A model generated the notes under the pieces. It worked only from the letters and a program-made list of their open reading frames with translations, was not told the origin of the DNA and did not search any database. DNA of 32,000 nucleotides, taken from Ruminococcus albus 7 = DSM 20455. Its GTDB lineage: Bacteria > Bacillota > Clostridia > Oscillospirales > Ruminococcaceae. The position numbers and the translations under genes were made by a program. The stretch is taken from assembly GCF_000179635.2 (NCBI RefSeq), contig NC_014824.1, forward strand, positions 1-32,000. The letters run 5' to 3'. Below, in pieces: positions 1-6,871 of this stretch (positions within the stretch are counted from its first letter, which is position 1; each line of letters starts with the position of its first letter).

Positions 1-17
1 TCCTTTTTATCTCCTAT

Positions 18-33
18 AATTTTCGACTATAAT
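18..33 (+). promoter_or_regulatory. Recurrent promoter motif copy P1 (AATTTTCGACTATAAT; -10 TATAAT at 28-33)
   Basis: Matches the 17-nt motif found before every operon in the window. The helicase start codon lies 40 nt downstream of the -10 end. Confidence 0.5.
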
Positions 34-47
34 ATTTTTAGCATACT

Positions 48-65
48 TATTGATAAATGGAGGTA
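48..65 (+). promoter_or_regulatory. Conserved 5'-UTR element TATTGATAAATGGAGGTA (includes the RBS) of the helicase operon
   Basis: 17 of 18 nt are identical to 6849-6866 in the dnaE leader. It sits at the same distance from the -10 box and from the ATG. Confidence 0.4.
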
Positions 66-72
66 CATAAAA

Positions 73-2250
73 ATGATAACCGAAAAATTAATGGGAAAAT
101 ATCAAAATTACATTTATAGAGACATAGAAAGCGGCTTTACTATATTCAGACTAAGACCTCAACTGTCGGCAAATATTGCAGATAAAATGAAAGGAGGATT
201 TGTGATCTGCAAAGGTGTGTTAGCTACGATCAATACTGAGATCCCACTGGAATTATCAGGAACATGGGAATCAAATGACCATGGATGGACATTCAGTGTA
301 ATGGATTATACTGAGAAAAACTGGGATGATATGATAACCCTGGATTTTTTGAAAAGCATAAAGGGAATAAATGATATCGTAGCAAAAAAGATCATAGCAG
401 AATTTGATGATTTTTTTAATGATATCAAACTTCCGGGAGCTTCAGTCAGACTATCCATGATCTCCGGAGTAACAGCTGAAAAAAGCCAGCAGATCATAAA
501 TCAGATAAAGAATCAGTCCGAAAAAAGAGAAATAATGAAATTTCTTTTTATTCATGGAGCTAAAATGCTTCATGTGGACAGGCTTTATTCCAACTACGGA
601 CTAGAAGGTATTGAAAAAATCAAGGACGAACCATATGAAATAGGATTACAGATAGGGCTTCCCCTTAAATCCTGTGATTCTATTGCTTCTTCACAGCAAA
701 AAGATATGAAGGATCAAAAAAGGATTAAAGCATATATTGAAAATTATCTTCAAACGCAGATGATGTCCGGTAATATATTTATCAAAGAACCACAGCTCCT
801 GCCGGATGTTTTAAAAGTTTTGAATTTTGACACATTCTCAGGCAGTGACAGATTCAGAGTGCTCATGGCGTTAAAAAACTCTGATGAAGTGGTTTATGCT
901 AAAGATGATGATGGTTCAAAGATCTATCTGAAATACTTGAAGAAAGCTGAAGACAATTTAGCTGAACAAATAATACGATTGCAGAGCGCGGGATTAAAAA
1001 CCAAATACAATGAAGAATATGCCAATTACGCCGAATCTATTGCAGGATTCAAATTTGCTCCCGAGCAAAGAGGAGCTTTCAGACTTCTGCGAAAGACAGG
1101 AATCGGTATCCTCACTGGAGGACCCGGAACCGGAAAAACAACGACGGTGAAGGGGATAATCGATGCATACGAAAAAATGTATCCCGATAATAAGGTCAGA
1201 CTTTGCGCTCCGACAGGACGAGCTGCACAGAGAATGACCGAATCTACCGGACGACCTGCAACAACGATCCACAGGCTCCTTGAATACAAGCCTTTTGAAG
1301 GGAAAGAGTCTGATATAAGATGTAAAAATGAATATGATCCGATCGATGCGGATTTTATAATCGTTGATGAAGTAAGTATGCTTGACTGTCCGCTTGCTTC
1401 GCTGTTCTTCTCAGCGGTAAAATCCGGAGCATTGGTCATTATGGTAGGTGATATTCATCAGCTCCAGTCTGTAGGAGCCGGAGACGTACTGAATGATATG
1501 ATCAAAAGTAAAACCATCCCGGTAGAAAAGCTGATAAAAACATACAGACAGGCTGCGGACAGCAATATAATAAAAAACGCAAATGAGATAAACAATGGTC
1601 ATGACTGCTTAAGGCAGGACAGTGACTTTGAAATTTATCAGACTCAAAACATAACAGACAAAATCGTAGATATAATAAAGGAGTATCATAAACCAGATGA
1701 TCTTTTTTACGCCCAGATACTTTCTCCATCACATAAAAATGACGGCGGAGTTGCTGATATAAATAACAGACTTCAAAAAGAGCTAAACCCGGGGATCGTT
1801 CCGGAGTTGATCTATGGAAGAAACAGAAAATTTAAGCTCCACGATAAGATCATCATGATAAAAAATAATCCCGAAAAAGGATATTATAATGGTGATGTAG
1901 GCTATATAACCGAAATAGGAGAGGAAGAAATGACTGTAAAGATACAGGATACAGAAATAAGACTCAGTAAATCAAATCTGGATGACGTCAAACTTGCTTA
2001 CGCAATGACGATCCATAAGAGTCAGGGTTCTGAATTTCCAATAACTATCATAGCGTTGCCAAATTCGGGAATGCTTAAAAGAAATCTGCTCTATACAGCG
2101 GTAACAAGAGCGAAGAAGAAAGTAATCATAGTCCAGCAGCAAGGTTCAATTTCTATGGCTGTTAAACGTAACGAAGTAGGAAAAAGAAATACGACCTTGG
2201 TTGAAAGATTACATGATATAGTAATCGAAAGATGTATCGAATTGCAATAA
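73..2250 (+). CDS. recD2: RecD2-like SF1B ATP-dependent DNA helicase (RecD/TraA family), paralog A, 725 aa
   Basis: ATG at 73 follows GGAGG (60-64). Helicase motifs read in the translation: Walker A GGPGTGKTT, motif Ia CAPTGRAAQRM, motif II IIVDEVSM, motif III VGDIHQLQSVGAGDV, AMTIHKSQGSEF, and motif VI LLYTAVTRAKKKVII. A non-helicase N-terminal region of about 340 aa matches RecD2 architecture. Confidence 0.85.
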   Translation: MITEKLMGKYQNYIYRDIESGFTIFRLRPQLSANIADKMKGGFVICKGVLATINTEIPLELSGTWESNDHGWTFSVMDYTEKNWDDMITLDFLKSIKGINDIVAKKIIAEFDDFFNDIKLPGASVRLSMISGVTAEKSQQIINQIKNQSEKREIMKFLFIHGAKMLHVDRLYSNYGLEGIEKIKDEPYEIGLQIGLPLKSCDSIASSQQKDMKDQKRIKAYIENYLQTQMMSGNIFIKEPQLLPDVLKVLNFDTFSGSDRFRVLMALKNSDEVVYAKDDDGSKIYLKYLKKAEDNLAEQIIRLQSAGLKTKYNEEYANYAESIAGFKFAPEQRGAFRLLRKTGIGILTGGPGTGKTTTVKGIIDAYEKMYPDNKVRLCAPTGRAAQRMTESTGRPATTIHRLLEYKPFEGKESDIRCKNEYDPIDADFIIVDEVSMLDCPLASLFFSAVKSGALVIMVGDIHQLQSVGAGDVLNDMIKSKTIPVEKLIKTYRQAADSNIIKNANEINNGHDCLRQDSDFEIYQTQNITDKIVDIIKEYHKPDDLFYAQILSPSHKNDGGVADINNRLQKELNPGIVPELIYGRNRKFKLHDKIIMIKNNPEKGYYNGDVGYITEIGEEEMTVKIQDTEIRLSKSNLDDVKLAYAMTIHKSQGSEFPITIIALPNSGMLKRNLLYTAVTRAKKKVIIVQQQGSISMAVKRNEVGKRNTTLVERLHDIVIERCIELQ

Positions 2251-2267
2251 AAAGGAGAAAAATTAAA

Positions 2268-4445
2268 ATGATTATAAAAGGAAAAATAGACAAGATCTTT
2301 GCCGTAAGAGGAGATTGGGCATCTATATTAGTTTCCGGACTCCCTAAAGAAGAACTGAAAAATGCAGGATTTGCACTTTCAAAAAATCAGATAATGTTTG
2401 TAGGGAATATACCAAATCCTGTAGAAGAGTGCGAAATGGGATTCAATGGGGATTGGGTCAATCATCCTAAATACGGAATGCAGTTCAAGGTAACTGCCTC
2501 TAATCTTCTGCTGAATGACAAGAGCTCACTATTTAAGTATCTCACTTCAGGATTCGTCGAGGGCTGCGGGAAAAAAATAGCAGAAGCAATAATTGAAAAA
2601 TTCGGGGATAATGCTATTGACGTAATCAGTAATGACTTTGAAAAATTGACAGAGATACCAAAGATCGGAAAAGCAAAGGCAAAAAAGATCCATGATTCAT
2701 ATATTAATACGTGTGGTATGATGCACATAATGAATCTTTTTAAAGGTCAGATCACTCAGAAAAAATGCGTAAAGATCCACGAGACTTATGGTGATAAGGC
2801 CGAAAAGATCATTCAGGATAATCCTTATCAGCTGATATGTGATATAAGAGGATTCGGATTCAAAACAGTTGATGAATTGGCTGTTTCTTCCGGAATAGCT
2901 CTTAATGATCCAAGAAGAGTAAAAGCAGCAATAATCCACACGCTTGATACAATAAGCAATGATCAGGGGCACTGCTTCATCATGCTTGATGAGCTTGGTG
3001 ATAATATAAGAAGCCTGATAGATAACATCGACGTACCTGATAAAGTTATAATCAAGGAGATCAAAAGTCTTTACGAGGAGGAAAAGATCATTCTTGAAAA
3101 GGATGGCGACTTCGTTCGTGTCTATCTGAAAGAACTGTATGACGCTGAAAATGACCTTGCAAGAAAAATAAGCATTATGAAGAAATACAGGAACAGAGCT
3201 TACAGAGAAGATATTGTAGATGATACAATCGAATTAATTACTTCAAGAGAAACAAATCCGGATTTTGAGTTTGAGCCGCTTCAGGTCGAAGCTGTAAAAA
3301 CATCTTTAAGAAATCATTTCAGCATTATCACCGGCGGCCCCGGCACAGGAAAAACTACTATTATCAATGCAGTTGCTAAAGCAGCGATTGCAATGAAATT
3401 CGGGGTTATACTTCTGGCTCCAACAGGAAGAGCATCAAGAAAACTCGCAGAAAGTACAGGACTTGAAGCCTATACGATAGCAAAATACACTTTCAGTAAA
3501 GGTGCTATCGTTGGCGATGAGATAAATAACAAACCGAACAGGCTGTTTATAGTTGATGAAACATCGATGATAGATGTAGAAAATGCCGCAAAGCTGTTTT
3601 ACTTGATAAAGAAAACAGACACCGTTGTGCTGGTCGGAGATATCGATCAGCTTCCATCTATCGGAGCAGGAAACTTTTTCAGAGATCTTGTCAGCTCAGG
3701 GCTTGTTCCTATGGTAAAACTTACTTTTACTCACCGATTCAAAGGCTCAATTGCGGAGAATGCAAGGTCGATCAATCGAGGTTCAAGCAAATTCAAAGAA
3801 GACGATGAATTTGAGATCATCAAAGAGAAAGATCCTATCAGAAGGCAGGAATTAGTCTTAGCCAAGTATTACGAAGAACTAAAAAATGCAGGAGGTAATT
3901 ATAAAAGAGTGCAGATAATCGTTCCTATGAGACAAAGAGGAGACACCTGCACAAATACGCTTAATAAAATAATACGCGATAAAGTTAATCCACTAAGACT
4001 AAAGCAGCAAGTCTTTGGTCCCAGTCAGTTCAGAGTCGGAGACAGAGTTATGCAGACTTCAAATGATTCTGAACTTGGAGTTGCAAACGGCGATTGCGGT
4101 ATAGTATATGCCATAGACAACGATAATGCATCAATGGACGTAATGATGGATGTAGGCGGACGCAAGACCTACAATAAACTCCAGTCTACAAACCTTACCA
4201 TCGCGTATGCGATCACCGTACACAAGAGCCAGGGTTCTGAATACATGACGGTAATTTCTGCATACGGTAATGCAGACTATGTAATGCTTCAGCGTAACTT
4301 GCTCTATACTGCTGTAACAAGAGCAAAAAATAAAATGATACTGATAGCTGACCCACAGGCGTTGTACAGAGCTGTCAATAATATTGAACCCATTATTAGA
4401 AACACCTCTATAAATGAAAAGATCGCCAAATATGACAGGATATAA
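2268..4445 (+). CDS. recD2: RecD2-like SF1B ATP-dependent DNA helicase, paralog B, 725 aa
   Basis: Start refined to ATG 2268 (AAGGAG at 2252-2257); the track start at 2232 overlaps the upstream gene. Motifs: GGPGTGKTT, LAPTGRASRKL, FIVDETSM, LVGDIDQLPSIGAGNF, AITVHKSQGSEY, LLYTAVTRAKNKMILIA. An HhH-like IPKIGKAKAKKI lies in the N-terminal part. Confidence 0.85.
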   Translation: MIIKGKIDKIFAVRGDWASILVSGLPKEELKNAGFALSKNQIMFVGNIPNPVEECEMGFNGDWVNHPKYGMQFKVTASNLLLNDKSSLFKYLTSGFVEGCGKKIAEAIIEKFGDNAIDVISNDFEKLTEIPKIGKAKAKKIHDSYINTCGMMHIMNLFKGQITQKKCVKIHETYGDKAEKIIQDNPYQLICDIRGFGFKTVDELAVSSGIALNDPRRVKAAIIHTLDTISNDQGHCFIMLDELGDNIRSLIDNIDVPDKVIIKEIKSLYEEEKIILEKDGDFVRVYLKELYDAENDLARKISIMKKYRNRAYREDIVDDTIELITSRETNPDFEFEPLQVEAVKTSLRNHFSIITGGPGTGKTTIINAVAKAAIAMKFGVILLAPTGRASRKLAESTGLEAYTIAKYTFSKGAIVGDEINNKPNRLFIVDETSMIDVENAAKLFYLIKKTDTVVLVGDIDQLPSIGAGNFFRDLVSSGLVPMVKLTFTHRFKGSIAENARSINRGSSKFKEDDEFEIIKEKDPIRRQELVLAKYYEELKNAGGNYKRVQIIVPMRQRGDTCTNTLNKIIRDKVNPLRLKQQVFGPSQFRVGDRVMQTSNDSELGVANGDCGIVYAIDNDNASMDVMMDVGGRKTYNKLQSTNLTIAYAITVHKSQGSEYMTVISAYGNADYVMLQRNLLYTAVTRAKNKMILIADPQALYRAVNNIEPIIRNTSINEKIAKYDRI

Positions 4446-4467
4446 TTTGCAGAAATCAGTTATCATT

Positions 4468-4498
4468 AAAAGAGACCACTTCGGTCTCTTTTTTTTGT
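4468..4498 (+). terminator. Rho-independent terminator after the helicase operon
   Basis: Stem AAAGAGACC / GGTCTCTTT with a 5-nt loop, followed by a T-run (4489-4496). Confidence 0.8.
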
Positions 4499-4503
4499 TT
4501 TTT

Positions 4504-4520
4504 AAATTTTCTGATATAAT
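4504..4520 (+). promoter_or_regulatory. Recurrent promoter motif copy P2 (AAATTTTCTGATATAAT)
   Basis: Extended -10 TGATATAAT with the conserved upstream TTTTC. It lies 20 nt upstream of ATG 4540. Confidence 0.55.
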
Positions 4521-4539
4521 TATAACAGGAGGGGATAGT

Positions 4540-5868
4540 ATGCTTTTTTTTAATCCACTTAGAAGAAGGGAACTTGAGGATTATAAGGATAAAATATTCA
4601 ACCGCACAAAAATCGAACTCAAAAAAGGTTCAAAATACACTGCAGATAAAGCTGAAAAAATATCTGATAGCTTCATAAAATTCAATGTATCAAGAAGAAC
4701 CAAGAAAGGACTGTCTATTGCTTCTGTCTCGGTCGCAGTATTTTTGCTTTCTGTATATATTCCATCATGGATCACAGGTACAGAAAAAGAAGAGTATTAC
4801 TCTTTGCCTATAGACCCTAAAGCCATTGAATTTAATGAAAAAGCTGCCGTAAATTATCCTGATGAAGATTTCGACGGAGATGGAATAACTAATTCTTATG
4901 AAATTTTATCAAAAACGGATATATTCAGTGACGATACAGATGGTGACGGCTTTGGCGATAAAGTTGAACTTGCACTTAATACAGATCCGGTAAAAGCTGA
5001 TCCGCTTATAAAAGCGGTTAAAAAGAAGGATAAAGCTGAGGGTAAAACTATAAGTGATCCGTATAAAGACGACGGAGTGATATTATGGGCGGATAGTTAT
5101 GAGGATAAGGCAAATGGCTATGTCATCAAAGATAAGAACGGATATTATATCAGAAATTTTAAAGGATGGGCTCAGTTCCCAGAGACCTTGCACAAATACG
5201 TGTATAACTACAATACAAAAGCACAAAAACTCGAAAAGATGAAATACAGAAAAGTTGAAGATGCTTATTACATTAATAAAGACAGTTATATCGTTATTCT
5301 GGATAATAAGCCGAAATACAAGTATACATTTTCTGCATTCGGTACAAATTACAAATTAAAAAACGCTTTCTTTGGGAATACACTTGCTTTTGTTTTGCCG
5401 GCAAAGGGGAAGACGTACTTGAAATGCCAAAAAACACCTTTGTTCAGTGATTCTGAGAGCAAAAATATTATTACAGATGTTAAGGTCTTAAAATACACAA
5501 ATGATTTTAAGGACAGAATGACCAAAAACACAAACACAGCAGCTGACCTTTCTTCTGTATTGAAATTTATAGAAAGTAACAAGTGCGTATACGTCTCTTT
5601 GTTTGACCCTGAAGAAGGAGAAAGTGTAGGCATCGTGTATGGTTATACTCCCGAAGGAGATCTGCTTGTAGCCGACCCCGAGACAGGAGATTATTCGGGT
5701 AAGATAAAAATCAAACTTAAGGCAAGAAAAATTGTGGATGAAAATAATGAAATAGGAAAACTTATTTATTTTGATTTTACCGGACTTGGCTTTGATTCAG
5801 AAAAGGGTTCCAGGATTAATTTCTTTGGTACGGAAACATCAGATGACTATGTAGATTATTTTTCATGA
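4540..5868 (+). CDS. Membrane-anchored protein with two thrombospondin-type-3-like Ca-binding repeats, 442 aa
   Basis: Start refined to ATG 4540 (GGAGGGG at 4528-4534). The track extension from 4414 runs through the terminator and the promoter. One TM segment (SIASVSVAVFLLSVYIPSWI). Repeats DEDFDGDGITNSYE and DDTDGDGFGDKVE fit the DxDxDGxxDxxE pattern. The C-terminal 300 aa or so were not recognised. Confidence 0.6.
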   Translation: MLFFNPLRRRELEDYKDKIFNRTKIELKKGSKYTADKAEKISDSFIKFNVSRRTKKGLSIASVSVAVFLLSVYIPSWITGTEKEEYYSLPIDPKAIEFNEKAAVNYPDEDFDGDGITNSYEILSKTDIFSDDTDGDGFGDKVELALNTDPVKADPLIKAVKKKDKAEGKTISDPYKDDGVILWADSYEDKANGYVIKDKNGYYIRNFKGWAQFPETLHKYVYNYNTKAQKLEKMKYRKVEDAYYINKDSYIVILDNKPKYKYTFSAFGTNYKLKNAFFGNTLAFVLPAKGKTYLKCQKTPLFSDSESKNIITDVKVLKYTNDFKDRMTKNTNTAADLSSVLKFIESNKCVYVSLFDPEEGESVGIVYGYTPEGDLLVADPETGDYSGKIKIKLKARKIVDENNEIGKLIYFDFTGLGFDSEKGSRINFFGTETSDDYVDYFS

Positions 5869-5875
5869 CCTATTT

Positions 5876-5910
5876 GAAGGATCGTTTTCATAAAATGATC
5901 CTTCTTTTTA
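5876..5910 (+). terminator. Rho-independent terminator
   Basis: Stem GAAGGATC(GTTTT) / (AAAAT)GATCCTTC followed by TTTTTA. Confidence 0.7.
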
Positions 5911-5917
5911 TTTCATT

Positions 5918-5934
5918 AAATTTCCTCGTATAAT
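5918..5934 (+). promoter_or_regulatory. Recurrent promoter motif copy P3 (AAATTTCCTCGTATAAT)
   Basis: Motif match. The -10 end is 40 nt from ATG 5974. Confidence 0.5.
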
Positions 5935-5973
5935 AATTGTAAGTGATTATTATGAGAAGTGGAGGGAATGCAA

Positions 5974-6768
5974 ATGAAACTGATCACAAATCTTGAAGAC
6001 ATCAAAGATGCCTGCAATCTTGTGGATCTCGCAAGAGAACTGGATATCGATATGCAGAGGTCGGGCAGTCACTGGGCAATAAGATGTCCTAATCACCGAG
6101 GCGGTCAATACGACAGGCATATCGGCAATTGCTACATAACCAAAAATCACAAAAACTTTATATGTAAAAGCTGCGGCAATAAAGGTGATGCGCTTACACT
6201 CGTGCAGCAAGCAACAGGGTGCTCCTTCCTGGAAGCGGTAAAGTTTTTATCCAACTTCGTAGAAATAGAACCGTCTTACATAGAAGAAGGAAAGGAATAC
6301 ACTTCAAATAACGGAGAAAAAGATGTATTAAGAAGAATAATTTCTCAAAAAGAGCAAGATTTTTTAGGAATCAAGAATTTTGCTGTTTACGGGGTTTCTG
6401 AATTGATCGAACCTGACGAATTTGATTTAGCATCAGAACTTAATGCGACCCCGGTAACGTATGAAAATGAAGTATTATTTTATTTCACTGAAAAAACATA
6501 CCTCACAAACCCATTAAAAAAGATAGCATCCCAAAATTATGAACTATACCTGAAAATAATAGAAAATGCAATTTTCAGGAAGTATGAAAAATTGAAGAAA
6601 ATTTTCGATATCTGGGAAAATTCGCCCTATGCAGCTGATTCTTATGATGTTATAAAAATTGAGTTTGAAACACTTCGTACTATATATAAAAATATAGGCG
6701 GAGAAGAGTCGAGAATAAAGATCCCGGTGCTCAAAAATCAAAGTTTAATAGACTTGTCTTCATTATGA
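5974..6768 (+). CDS. Stand-alone DnaG-type CHC2 zinc-finger protein (primase zinc-binding domain only), 264 aa
   Basis: Start refined to ATG 5974 (GGAGGG at 5961-5966, 7-nt spacer). The segment CPNHRGGQYDRHIGNCYITKNHKNFICKSCGNKGDALTLV fits the zf-CHC2 pattern CPxH...CxxCGxxGDxxxL. No RNA-polymerase or TOPRIM motifs are visible in the remaining 170 aa or so. Confidence 0.65.
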   Translation: MKLITNLEDIKDACNLVDLARELDIDMQRSGSHWAIRCPNHRGGQYDRHIGNCYITKNHKNFICKSCGNKGDALTLVQQATGCSFLEAVKFLSNFVEIEPSYIEEGKEYTSNNGEKDVLRRIISQKEQDFLGIKNFAVYGVSELIEPDEFDLASELNATPVTYENEVLFYFTEKTYLTNPLKKIASQNYELYLKIIENAIFRKYEKLKKIFDIWENSPYAADSYDVIKIEFETLRTIYKNIGGEESRIKIPVLKNQSLIDLSSL

Positions 6769-6773
6769 TCAGT

Positions 6774-6810
6774 AAAGACATTTTCTTCATTTGAAAATGT
6801 CTTTTTTGTT
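6774..6810 (+). terminator. Rho-independent terminator
   Basis: A 12-bp stem AAAGACATTTTC / GAAAATGTCTTT with a 7-nt loop, followed by TTTGTT. Confidence 0.8.
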
Positions 6811-6815
6811 GTAGT

Positions 6816-6832
6816 CAGTTTTCACCTATAAT
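6816..6832 (+). promoter_or_regulatory. Recurrent promoter motif copy P4 (CAGTTTTCACCTATAAT)
   Basis: Motif match. The -10 end is 40 nt from ATG 6872. Confidence 0.5.
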
Positions 6833-6848
6833 TATATATAGAATCCCG

Positions 6849-6866
6849 TATTGATGAATGGAGGTA
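6849..6866 (+). promoter_or_regulatory. Conserved 5'-UTR element TATTGATGAATGGAGGTA of the dnaE leader
   Basis: 17 of 18 nt are identical to 48-65 in the helicase leader. Confidence 0.4.
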
Positions 6867-6871
6867 TTAAA

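Noticed and set aside
15-20. Second TATAAT at 15-20, immediately upstream of P1
   Set aside because: It lacks the TTTTC block in the conserved position. The 28-33 box aligns with the 17-nt motif and with the 40-nt spacing rule. The window edge prevents any judgement of what lies upstream.
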